From the NCBI RefSeq assembly GCF_006345805.1, contig NC_043010.1, forward strand, positions 48,050,001 to 48,114,000: a DNA stretch of 64,000 nt. The letters run 5' to 3'. The notes under the pieces were generated by a model. That model did not search any database, was not told the DNA's origin, and saw nothing but the letters and a program-made list of their open reading frames with translations. This DNA is from Octopus sinensis. Taxonomy: Eukaryota. A program made the translations under genes and the position numbers. The stretch's first letter is position 1. Each line of letters opens with the position of its first letter. Shown piece after piece: positions 1 to 11,394 of this stretch.

Positions 1-410
1 CCATGCACCTTCACTATATATATATATAATATGAAGAAGTAAATGGTATAGTTATCCACTTTATACAGCGCAACTAATAAGCACTCTAATAGAGCTTCAG
101 GAATATAAAATTAAGAAAGAGAGAAACAAATTTCAAAGGTCGAATTTTTGAAATTCCCAACAATATACATAGATGTGTTCACATATATGAGGCATGGTAA
201 AAATTCATAAGCATTTATGAATATATAAATATACACAGATTTATAAATATATAAAAATTTATAAATCTATAAAAATTTATAAATATATAAAAAATTATAA
301 ACATACATAAATATAAATACATAGATGTACTTGCGAGGTTGAATGCTTGTGTTAGGATCAATGAGAAAGTTAGTATAAAATGATTTGAGAGGAATCTTGA
401 ATGAGTGCCA

Positions 411-500
411 AGTCTGATGGCTGTTTCAGGAAGATATAGGTTGGTATGGGTGAGCTAACTCCAACCATAGCAATTATCTATACTTCTCTCATCAGAGTTA
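411..500 (-). ncRNA. Degenerate hammerhead motif (Penelope-like relic)
   Basis: Reverse complement reads aact CTGATGA GAGAAGTATAG...CTATATCTTCCT GAA ACAGCCAT C AGACT. The core is intact but stems II and III are mismatched. Confidence 0.45.
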
Positions 501-1127
501 AAAGATTCAAATAGTTGTTAAAATATTAAGAGAATGAAAGGTTTGAGAATTTTTAAAAATGAATGCTTTGTTGGACCATACTATTCAAGTGGATGATATA
601 ATTAGAATTATATATATATATAAATATATATACTACTAATATAGGACAAAATTTTTTTCAGAAAAAAATTTCATCAAAAGTAGCAGCATATTAAAATACC
701 CTTAAAGGTTAAAATTATAAACAACTTATAAATAAGGGCAAAAGAAAAATTATTTCTATGCCAATATGCTGAGAACAGGCTTTAAATCGTCAATTTCCAC
801 ATTTCATTATACATTCACTCTAAGTACTTATTGTGAATGTATAATGAAATGTGGAAATTGACGATTTTTCTTTTGCCCTTATTTATAAGTTGTTTATAAA
901 TAAATATATATATATACCAAATCAGGAGATTGGAAAAAAATTTTTGGTATAATTTATTCACCATTACATGTGTTTTGTTTGCAAATAGGAGTTACAAAAT
1001 TGCAAACGTAGGAAAAATATGTAAGATATCTCCTATTAGAAATTCTTCAGGGAATCAAACCCTAGCTTTTATACATAATGAATGAATGAGTGTGTATGTG
1101 TATGTATGTATGTATGTGTGTGTGTGT

Positions 1128-1574
1128 TGGCATCCGTTGCTAGTGGAGCGCTAAGTGTACCATACGAGTGAGATTGTTGCCAGAGCAACAAGCTGGCCTT
1201 CGTGCCAATGGCACGTTAAGCACACCATTCAAGTGTGATCGCTACCGCGTTGCCTTACTAGCACTTGTGCTGGTGGCATGTGAAATATTCGGGCGAGGTC
1301 GTCGCCAGTGCCGCTGGACTGGCTCCTGTGCAGGTGGCACATAAAAAGCATCATTTGGGCGTGGCTGTTGCCAGTTCCACCAAACTGGCCCTGGTGCTGT
1401 TGGCACGTAAAAGCACCCACTACACTCTCGGAGTGGTTGGCATTAGGAAGGGCGTCCAGCTGTAGAAACTCTGCCAGATCAGATTGGAGTCTGGTTCGCC
1501 AGACCTCAGTCAAATCGTCCAACCCATGCTAGCATGGAAAGTGGACATTAAATGATGATGATGATGATGATGAT
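1128..1574 (+). mobile_element. RTE-associated SINE/LINE 3' element with a (GAT)n tail
   Basis: Internal tandem ...ggcacgtaaaagcacc modules, then actacactctcggagtggttggcattaggaagggc...catggaaagtggacattaaatgatgatg. Confidence 0.65.
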
Positions 1575-2108
1575 ATACACACACATCCATTTACATATAT
1601 ATGTATATGTGCATATGTTATGCATGTGTGCATGTATATATCTATGCATGTATGTGTGTATGGTTAATATAACTCATGAGACTAGCTCTAAAATCATGTA
1701 AGGGCTTTATCTTCCATGTCCCCCTTTTTTTAAAATAATTTTTTAATAATTTAATCACTGTTGTCTTTCCCTCTAATGCACCCATTATCTTCTCTTCTTG
1801 CAACGTGTATTTACTTAAAATATATCTTTTTGAACTTGATATTTGATCACCAATGTTGCAAATGACTGCACTTGATTGCAGCACAACTATTGTTCTCGTA
1901 ACACTTCAATAAGACTTGAACTTACTTCACAGATGTCACACTTTCTCTCATTATCTCACTTTTGTTCTTTCTAATTTCTCTCTCTGTATATCAATATTCA
2001 CTCATCATCATCATCATCACCATCTCACATTCTCTCTCATTCCTTCTGCAATCTTTCTCTTCTTTTTTACTTTTTTTTCTGTCGTTCATTTATTTTCTGT
2101 TTTTTTTT

Positions 2109-2264
2109 TTATTTAAAATTTTTTTTCCCTTTACTGTTTTTCGCTCCATTTACTCTTTTCATAATTTCCCCATTATCTTTTTCCATATGCATATCATTGT
2201 TTATAACAAATATAATTGCTATTGATAGTCTATTGACATTCCTAAGACACAGGTATATTACAAT
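2109..2264 (-). CDS. Candidate terminal coding exon of the Pif-like gene (acceptor AG missing)
   Basis: ATT GTA ATA TAC CTG TGT (IVIYLC) is the expected last LamG strand after FIGFIDD and follows a long pyrimidine tract. However, it is preceded by T10 with no AG. Confidence 0.3.
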   Translation of the reverse strand: MVIYLCLRNVNRLSIAIIFVINNDMHMEKDNGEIMKRVNGAKNSKGKKNFK

Positions 2265-2399
2265 AAAAAAAAAATATGGACAAGGAGATATTTCATGAAG
2301 CAAAAAAAACAAAAAAACTATACAAAGTAACAAAATCAAAAACAAAATAAAACTATAACAAATTCAAACATACATGCATGTACATGCACACACAAACAG

Positions 2400-2471
2400 A
2401 AGTGTGTATGTATATGTATATATATATATAATATATATATATATGTATGTATCTCTCTATCTCTCTCTCTC

Positions 2472-2503
<32 letters not shown>

Positions 2504-2517
2504 CACATATATATATG

Positions 2518-2597
<80 letters not shown>

Positions 2598-2625
2598 ATA
2601 TCTCTCTCTCTCTATATATATATGT

Positions 2626-2666
<41 letters not shown>

Positions 2667-2810
2667 TATATGTATGTATGTATGTATATATATATATATA
2701 TGTATGTATGTATGTATATATATATATATATGTATGTATGTATGTATGTATATATATATGTATGTATATATATATGTATGTATGTATGTATATATATATA
2801 CACACATATA
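2400..2810. repeat. Compound (TA)n/(TATG)n microsatellite (one of dozens in the window)
   Basis: Directly visible; source of the YI/IY pseudo-ORFs. Other large tracts at 33361-33445, 33945-34130, 47144-47247 and 58900-58957. Confidence 0.95.
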
Positions 2811-4312
2811 TGGGTACAGGACATCACCAACTGTGTAAACAACATGAAGTACGAAAACAAACAAGTTAAATATGCAAACAATGAAAGAAAATAAATGGAA
2901 GACAGGACAAGCAACACGGAGAATGACTCTTCATCAGTTGTCAGCTGTCTATCTACTCCTCATTTCAAGCATTCAATGACAATACAAGTCTTCAAAGACA
3001 GTTGCTTCCATAAATACCATAAACATGGAGGGCCAAAGTTGGGAACAAAAACAGGACAGTGGAGACATACGAGGAAACTGAATGAAAACAAACATGGAGG
3101 GTCGTTAGACCAGAATGAGAGGAAAATAGCAAATGCTGGAAGAAATATGTTTTTGTAAATAGAAAAGATAGAAGAGAAAGATAGAAATAGAAGAGAGAGA
3201 TGGATAGAAGATGCCCAGTCCTTAGAACGTCATGCAGGAAGAAGAAAGATGGACGATGGTCACTTGTGAGCATCAAGAAAGAGAAAAAGAGAAAGAGGGA
3301 GACAGACAGATAGAAAATGGTGAAGGGGAGAAAAAGGGAATTAGAGGAGGATGGGAGAGAAAACAGTATAGAGTAGAGTCGCATCAAAAACGTTAAGATA
3401 AACTAATGTGGAAATGGATGCATGGCGTTCAATTAAATAATACTATAAAAATATATATATGCATATATATATATATATATGTATAATAATGTTAGGGAGT
3501 AAATCCAAACTTACAGGGAAAAAAAAAAATATATATATATAATAATAATAATAATATTAGGGAGTAAATCCAAACTTACTGGGAAAAATTAGATTTAGGA
3601 TTAAATCTAATTTTATAGTATAAATAAATATATATTATATTAAATTAGAGATAAAACCACTATTAGGCAAATCAATTTATAATTTATTAATTAATTTTAT
3701 TTCTATGTATTGGTTTATGATTTTCACTGTTTGATTTGCCTAATAGTGGTTTTATCTCTAATTTAATATAATATATATATATATATGCATATATGGGTAC
3801 AGGACATCGCCAACTATGTAAACAACATAAAGTACAAAACAAACGAATTAAATACACAAACAATGAGAAAAAAAATGGAAAACAGGACAAGGAACATGGA
3901 GAACGACCCTTCATCAGTTGTCAGTTGTCTATCTTCTACTCTTTTCTTTTTTCAAAGAAAATATTTTTCCCAGTGTTCACTATTTTCCTCTCATTCTGGT
4001 CTAAAAACCCTCCATGTTTGTTTTTATTTGGTTTCCTTGTATGTCTCCACTGTCCTGTTTTTGTTCCCAACTTTGACCCTCTATAAATCCAGAATTTAAT
4101 TGGGTATGTATGGGAGCAACTGTTTTCGAAGACTCAAATTGTTGTTGAATGCTTGAAATGAGGAGTAGATAGACAGCTGACAACTGATGAAGGGTTGTCT
4201 CTGTGTTACTTGTCCTGTTTTCCAATTTTTTCTTTCATTGTTTGCATATTTAACTTGTTTGTTTTCATACTTCATGTTGTTTACACAGTTGGTGACATCC
4301 TGTACCAATATA

Positions 4313-4358
<46 letters not shown>

Positions 4359-4432
4359 CACACACACACACACATATATATATATTATTTATATTATTCT
4401 TTAATTGAACACCATGCATCCATTTCCAAGTA

Positions 4433-4464
<32 letters not shown>

Positions 4465-5649
4465 CAAAAATGGGACAAGAACGCAAAACATCCATGTGAC
4501 CAGTGTTCGACCAGGCCTGACCTTTCTTTCTTGGTTCAAGTACCATCTGTGCAACATGTATATTCCTCCCTGTGCCTGTTAAAACATATGTCCCTGCCGT
4601 AAGGCTTTACTTCCACACATGCCAGCTTAATTTAATTTGTCCTTAGTCGAAAGATACCTGTTGTTATGTCCTGTTAATTGCATTTGTATTTGTGTAACAT
4701 TTCTCTGTTTTTTTCCGTCCTTGTTTTCATATACATTCACTGCTTTCTTCCAAGAAATCTAATGCTCTTAGCTTATTTTTTCCTTGGGGCTGGATTAGTT
4801 TTGTAGAGGTAGGCAGATCTTGTCAAGAACCTCATATCGCCTCATTCATGTCTTGTTTTTACTGTAACACACTGCCCTCTGTAATGAAGGATGGCAATGG
4901 ATTTAGCTGAATTCGATCCCCACTGCTATAACCTAGTATTACTCAACCCATCTTACATCATCCCCTGTTATCATTTTACCTGTCTTTCATCATAACGTCT
5001 GTGAAATGAGAGATGGCATGGGATACGTCTGTATTCATTATTATATGTCTATATTCATCACTATTATTTTACTGCTAGTATCACTCTCTCTCACACCCAT
5101 CATTCTTCCTTACCATTGCCCACATCTGTTACTATCCATCACTCTTTCTTACTGCCACAGCAAAGTCTTCAGTGTGAGTATGTGGTTTGTGGAGTCGACC
5201 GTGTCCTCCGCTTCATTTTTTGTAAATCACTCATTCTCATTTAATTGTATATAATTTAATTGTTTGTTTATTCATACATTTCGTCTCATTCGATACTCTG
5301 ACCCCAATGTTTGCTTTGTTTGTCCTCGTATCATCCCCTCTTTTTCTCAACCTCATGGTTGATAAAGAAATTGACCTTATTACTATCCATCAGATCTTCA
5401 CTCTCTGTCAGTCATGATCAACATACATTACTCTCTCACACTTTAGTTACTCCCTTATCTTCCCTATTACATTGCTCATGCTAGTTTTCTATTCAATCCC
5501 CTTACCAACAACCACTGTGTAACTGTCTATAGCTGTCTCTCTTCTGTTATCTCTTCCTTTAACACATTCTTATTCCTTTCACTCTGTTTTGAGAAAAATT
5601 TCAGAAGTGGATTATATAGGAAAGGTAAGATGATTTGATTGGAACTTAC

Positions 5650-5729
5650 ATCATCAATAAATCCAATAAAAGGATCCAGATTTGTCCCTCTTCCAATAGT
5701 TAAAGAACAATCCAGTCGCTTAATATCAG
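5650..5729 (-). CDS. Pif-like gene exon 7: LamG domain, C-terminal part
   Basis: 80 nt, ttcttttaatgtag|CT...GATGAT|gtaagt, phase 1-0. Encodes (A)DIKRLDCSLTIGRGTNLDPFIGFIDD, with the LamG LxIG...FxGxID signature. Confidence 0.88.
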
Positions 5730-6302
5730 CTACATTAAAAGAAGAATAAAAAAGCAAAAAAGAGCAGGTTAAAAAAGAGCATGTCTACATACACGAGAAA
5801 AATGCAAGGGATTGTGCTATGTGTTAATGAAGTATGGTACATAACAATCTATCTCATTCAACAATGCTGTTTGATATGATTCTGCTGAGTGTCCTCTATA
5901 CTATTTTATAAGGAAGCCTCTACAAACATATATAATGTAGTAAGATGTGCCTGACAGGATGGTATCAATTCAACAGTTACTAACTAACTTTTCTTTTCCA
6001 TGATAATCCTGTTAATATTTATTTCAAGAAGAACCTTTCTCAAAGTCTTATGTTGGGATAAAAAATACATATTTTCATTGTTAACTTTGTTTTATTTCCA
6101 TCATTTCACTGCTCATCTTACCACAATGAGAGGTTGATAGTTCATCAAGAAGACAGAGAGACTGAATATAATATAGATAGAGAACTAGATGAAACATAAC
6201 AGCTCACTATATAACTAGTTAAACAATGCTATACACCTGTCATGGGGAATCTGTAACCTGTGGGACTTTCTAAATGTCATGCCTAATAAAAAATTATCAT
6301 GA

Positions 6303-6712
6303 AGGAGTGGCTCTGTGGTAAGTAGCTTGCTTATGAACCACATGGTTCCGGGTTCAGTCCCACTGTGTGGTACCTTGGGCAAGTGTCTTCTACTATAGCC
6401 TCGGGCCGACCAAAGTCTCGTGAGTGGATTTGGTAGACGGAAACTGAAAGAAGCCCGTCATATATATGTATATATATATATATGTATGTGTGTGTATATG
6501 TTTGTGTTTCTGTGTTTGTCCTCCCAACATCACTTGATAACCGATGCTGGTGTGTTTACGTCCCTGTAACTTAGCGGTTCAGCAAAAGAGACCGATAGAA
6601 TAAGTGCTAGGCTTACAAAGAATAAGTCCTGGGGTCGATTTGCTTGACTAAAGGCAGTGCTCCATCATGGCCACAGTCAAATGACTGAAACAAGTAAAAG
6701 AGTAAAGAGAGT
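6303..6712 (+). mobile_element. tRNA-derived SINE family A (representative copy)
   Basis: Head ggagtggct.tgtggtaag...ggttcagtccc with A/B boxes, a central (TA/TG)n and an (AAAAGAGT)n tail. Other copies: + 14441-14905, + 19867-20070, - 24176-24529, + 27329-27700, - 35700-35865, - 44950-45375, - 46214-46636, - 50062-50442, + 62208-62468, + 63706-64000. Confidence 0.9.
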
Positions 6713-7281
6713 ATAAACTTCTTTTAAGAGGTGCAGCCTGCCTATGACAAGCTATGTCTTGAACAGCTCACCATGCCTGCTATAACCACAGTGTGATGTT
6801 GATAGTTAAATAGACAGACTGTTTAGAAAAAGAACTTAACCATCAGCACAGCAAAGAGCTTACAAGTAGACAGATAGATTGGCAGTCAAATGCTTAGGCA
6901 GCCTCAAAGATAGACAAACAGATATTTAGATAACAAACTACATGGCTAGATAAATTAGATGTAACAGGACTTGTAACTATCTTACTATAATATTGCTATG
7001 ATAATTGCATAGTGCAGCTTCAATTTTACATTTTGCTTACCAAGCACATTTTACATCATATTTTCTTTTGCACCAGTGGTTTAATTTTCTTATAAACCAT
7101 GTGTCTCTTTTAATTTTTTAACCATATATATATATATGTTCTAATTCACTATATAAACTACCACATTGATTTGTAGCATGGGTATCACTGGTGTTTCCCA
7201 TGATACAGAACGAATATAAAATTCATTCTGTACTTTGCTATTCACCAGTGACACATGTTAAAAAGTGTTAAAATGTCCATT

Positions 7282-7598
7282 TTTTTTTATTTATGCGCCC
7301 TTTTCAAGCCTAGTCAGGCTCATGGGCCCAGTTTCCTGGTTTCTATGGTGTATGTGTTCTCCGCAGCTGGACGGGACACCAGTCCATCGCAGCGTTACTC
7401 AAGAAACAGGAAGAAAGAGCGAGAGAAAGTTGAGGCTAAAGAGTACAACAGGGGTCGCCACCACCCCCTGCTGGAGCCTCGTGGAGCTTTTAGGTGTTTT
7501 CGCTCAATAAGCACACACAACGCCTGGTCTGGGAATTGAAACCGCGATCCTCCGACTGCGAGTTTCCTGCCCTAACCACTGGGCCATTGCGCCTCCAC
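7282..7598 (-). mobile_element. tRNA-derived SINE family C
   Basis: Head gtggaggcgcaatggcccagtggttagggc; 12-bp TSD AAAATGTCCATT at 7270-81 and 7599-7610. Confidence 0.85.
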
Positions 7599-8379
7599 AA
7601 AATGTCCATTATACTTCCAGTTATGGATTTCTTTCAATTATTTATCATTTTTTTTCCTACAAATTATATTCCAGATTATATTATATAAGCCTTAATGACT
7701 TCTTTTTCGCAAAAATTATTTTATGGAAGGCAGCACTCTAATGATGGAGATGGCAGTGACTTGCTCCCTTCTGATATTTATGTCTTGTACATTTCCTAAA
7801 ATTCAAATAATGTAGTTTGAACCGGAGTAATGTAAGGCTCCATAAAAAATTTCACCATTAGGAGTGACAGTTAACTTCCATGGTATATTAAGAATATAGT
7901 GTGGAGAGTCACCAATGACTCCCATGGTAGGTAAAGTGCTTAAGCTGTGAATTATTCTTCATCTGCTGTACTCATTGCCATTATCATTGTTTAGCCCCAA
8001 CCCAGTCCTGACTCACTGACCTGCAATTAAAGGCATTCTGCTCATGACTATCTTATGTTTCTTTAAGGCATTTTGTATCTAGGAGTACCTGACCCAATGT
8101 GTCTGTCACCCTGTCGAGATGGTAGGGCTATGATATAAAGGGAATTTAGCATCTATTTCTAGTAAGTTGAATGAGCACATAGAGGCTCCCACATTGGCTT
8201 ATGTGGCACATATTTATAACTTTGAGGCCAAGGCCACTTGGAAGTTAAGTGTTTTCATCATGGATACAATATACAGACAATGATAAAAATTACCTATTTA
8301 TTTTCTGATACACAATTAGCTCTTCATCTGCACTGTCATAATTACTTTAATATATATATAAAATATAATTAGTACTTAC

Positions 8380-8473
8380 CACTTCCTGATTTGGAAGTTT
8401 TCAGGCCATCAACCCACAGTTCCACACGAAAGCCAGTTTTCAAAAGAGTCACGCTATGCCATTGATCAGGTTT
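8380..8473 (-). CDS. Pif-like gene exon 6: LamG domain, middle part
   Basis: 94 nt, gccccag|AAA...AGTG|gtaagt, phase 0-1. Encodes KPDQWHSVTLLKTGFRVELWVDGLKTSKSGS, with the LamG WHxVxL...LWVDG signature. Confidence 0.9.
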
Positions 8474-8593
8474 CTGGGGCATTAACAAGAAACGTCAATA
8501 AATTGACTTTTAACAATTTTATTTGCATTATATGTTTTCTTTTCACCTTCTAGTTTCTCTTCTTCCTTTCTCTCTTTCTTTATATATATATAT

Positions 8594-8898
8594 GTGGAGG
8601 CGCAATGGCCCAATGGTTAGGGCAGCGGACTTGCGGCTGTAGGATTGCGGTTTAGAATCCCAGACTGGGTGTTGTGAGTGTTTATTGAGCGAAAACACCT
8701 AAAGCTCCACAAGGCTCCGGCAGGAGGTGGTGGTGATCTCTGCTGTACTCTTTCACCACGACTTTCTCTCACTCTTTCTTCTGTTGGCCTGCTCACTTAG
8801 CCAGCAGGGTGGCGTCATTGAAGGCTAAAACAATGCGAAGAGCATTGTGACCAGCGATGTGTAACAACATCTGATGGCTTGGTCGGTCACAGATCACA

Positions 8899-8900
<2 letters not shown>
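8594..8900 (+). mobile_element. tRNA-derived SINE family C with a different 3' tail
   Basis: Shares the first ~190 bp with the 7282-7598 copy, then diverges. Confidence 0.8.
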
Positions 8901-8936
<36 letters not shown>

Positions 8937-9078
8937 GTCAGTTTGAACTATTCTAGGCTGACATCCATAGGAAAATGCATAAGTATGAAGGGAATTATAT
9001 AGGGTTGCAGCTCTGAGAATAAGTAATATTATAAAACATTTTCTCTACCACCCTACTCATTCTGTACATATTTAACAT

Positions 9079-9324
9079 AATAGCATTTAAACCAGCCATA
9101 TCTAGCCAAAAATTTCCTCCCTGTTTTATGTTCCAACTGACCATATCTAGCCATATCATGCCTACCAACTGACCAGATCATGCTTACCTAATGATATCAT
9201 GTTAAAAATATTACAATCACATCATTGAAATCTCAAAGCTATGATATAATGCATGATTAATTCAAAGCAATCTGAATGAATAAGTATTACATTCGACAGA
9301 GTAATCTGAATGCTAAAGGGTTAA
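9079..9324. mobile_element. piggyBac-type MITE remnant
   Basis: Ends ...gctaaaGGG|TTAA; the left end is truncated. Confidence 0.45.
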
Positions 9325-9393
9325 ATATTTTTATCAAATAAATAGCAATAAAAGTCAAAGAAAACATTTATAGCAGGTTGAGAATATTCTTAC

Positions 9394-9779
9394 CAAATTA
9401 GCTTGCAGTCTCACCACTGACTCATCATTCAAAATAAAGCCACCGTAGATAGTTCTGGATGTTTCAGTCCTTTCATAGGCAACACCAAATGTTGCACTTT
9501 TATCACAGTCACTGTTATCGACAAGAGCAAATCGTCCATTTGTCTTCTCAACTGGTCGGAATCGAAAGGAAAGGGTGAAGTTGGAGCCAAAAAACATATT
9601 GTTCAATGCCCAAACAGTGACAGATGAGTCATTAAAAAAAGCAGCAGAAGAACCTGAGGCACCCTCTATAGGGAGAATAGTGACTGATCTGGCTCCAGTC
9701 CCCTTAGGATATTTAGAGTAATCCTTCCAATCTTTGTCAAAAGGAAGGTGAATAAAGGGTTCACATCTTTTAATAATGT
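9394..9779 (-). CDS. Pif-like gene exon 5: laminin-G/ConA-like domain, N-terminal part
   Basis: 386 nt, cttctcttgcag|AC (phase 1, matches exon 4) to TTG|gtaaga (phase 0). Encodes IIKRCEPFIHLPFDKD...AAFFNDSSVTVWALNNMFFGSNFTLSFRFRP...ALVDNSDC...RLQANL. Confidence 0.9.
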
Positions 9780-10496
9780 CTGCAAGAGAAGAAGTTAATT
9801 CTTCAACAATTATTCTGAATAAAATATACAAAGAAAGAAGGAATAATGATTAGAAAGTTCTTTCAAAATAAACATGGATATTTATATTACATACAATGGA
9901 AACTTATTGAACAGTGGCTTGGTAAGTTAAATGAGCAGAAGCCATACAGTTGGTGCCCCATCCCCTTGATCCTATACTAAACCTTTTTCTTTGGGGGGGG
10001 GGGGGGTGTTTTTCCCTTAGACATGCAATTCCTTTTAATTTTCTCCTGGCCCTTTCTTTTCTTGCAGACAATGATTTACAGATGTTGAAGGTAAAAACAT
10101 CAGCCCCATCAGTCTCACCTAATTGGGAGGCCCTGCATTGTCATAGGTACTGTTTCTTTACTTCTGAAAAAAAAAAAAGTTGAAAAATAGATGGGTGTGT
10201 ATCCCATGAAATATATCATTCATTACTCTCAGTAATGTAGCTTAGTGGATGCTGCACCTATGATTGCGAGATTGTGAGCTCGATTCCTGGACCTGGTGGT
10301 GCATTGTGTTCTTGAGCAAAACACTTCATATCTTGTCACTCTGTAATAACTTCAACATCTAACATAAGGCAATATCATGCACTTGTACAAGCAATGTTGA
10401 TTTGATGGAAGGAGTGATCTAAAGTGCAATACAAACATTTGATCACTACAAACAAATCATCTCTGCAAGTTGTTCAGCAAGAAATTGTGGAACTGT

Positions 10497-10881
10497 GAAG
10501 GTGGCGAGCTGGCAGAATCGTTAGCACGCCAGGTGAGATGCTTAGCGGTATTTCGTCTGCGGTTACGTTCTGAGTTCAAATTCTGCCGTAGTCGACTTTG
10601 CCTTTCATCCTTTCGGGGTCGATCTAATTGACTTAATCCATTTGTCTGTCCTTGTTTCTCCTCTCTGTGTTTAGCCCCTTGTGGGCAGTAAAGAAATAGG
10701 TATTTTGTCTGCTGTTGCATTCTGAGTTCAAATTCCACAGAAGTCGATTTCACCTTTCATCCTTTCGGGGTTGATAAATTAAGTACTAGTTATGCACTGG
10801 GGTCGATGTAATCGACTTAATCCCTTTGTCTGTCCTTGTTTGTCCCCTCTATGTTTAGGCCCTTATGGGCAATAAAGAAAT
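10497..10881 (+). mobile_element. tRNA-derived SINE family B, dimeric copy with an 18-bp TSD
   Basis: Head ggcgagctggcagaa.cgttagcacg...gagttcaaattc; TSD AAGAAATTGTGGAACTGT at 10479-96 and 10882-99. Other copies at about 17275-17690, 28300-28640, 41516-41746, 42860-43200, 43882-44113, 57000-57925 and 61325-61556. Confidence 0.9.
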
Positions 10882-11394
10882 AAGAAATTGTGGAACTGTC
10901 TTTTCTCAGATTATGAGAGTACCTTTACACTCAGTTGCTCAGTTCACTTAACTAAGGCTAGAGTGACACAACTCAACTTCTGGTTATTATTTAGTTGATG
11001 TATGTCCCATTGGCTTGCAACAATAATTAAAACTATATTCCCACGAGTATAGTTTGGAGGAAGCTGTGCTTCGCTGGGTAGACTTACCCTAATCTAGATA
11101 AGCCAAAAAGGATGCTTTTATGCAGTCGTTCAATCTGGTGGAAACAGCAGCCAAATCTCCCATAAATTGCACCCTACCATCTTAAAAAAACGGAAGAACA
11201 TTAAATAATGTAGTTCTAGATATTCTTAAATGACTGGATGATCGAGACTGGAATGTCTTTGATTATAAGTCACTTCAAAGAAGGTTCAATTGGGGCTAAA
11301 CACCAACAGTAGCATCATGAAGAAAAAAGTTTTCCAGGGGTGACCTATTGATCCCTATTGTTTATAAGAATTACCAAAGCATTATAGGGCCCCA

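Noticed and set aside
2353-2917. Long ORFs of 100-154 aa rich in Y/I/M/H
   Set aside because: Translations of (TA)n/(TATG)n microsatellites. The same applies to ORFs near 4.2, 14.5, 27.6, 33.3, 33.9, 47.1 and 59.5 kb.
4170-4215. CTGATGA in the 2.8-4.3 kb inverted repeats (also 2930 and 3910) as hammerheads
   Set aside because: No GAAA closes a stem II, and no valid type II or III topology could be drawn.
6303-6375. tRNA-like sequences with A and B boxes
   Set aside because: SINE heads that continue into SINE bodies and lack a complete cloverleaf; no true tRNA gene was found.
9780-9814. Alternative upstream acceptor for exon 5 (ttttattcag at 9815)
   Set aside because: It gives phase 2, which is incompatible with the phase-1 end of exon 4; the AG at 9780 fits.
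10457-10753. Recurrent ORFs such as ...RPRKDERQSRPRRNLNSER... and ...RASFSFRLPNPLTR...
   Set aside because: Chance frames in multicopy SINE families A and B; they recur at every copy.
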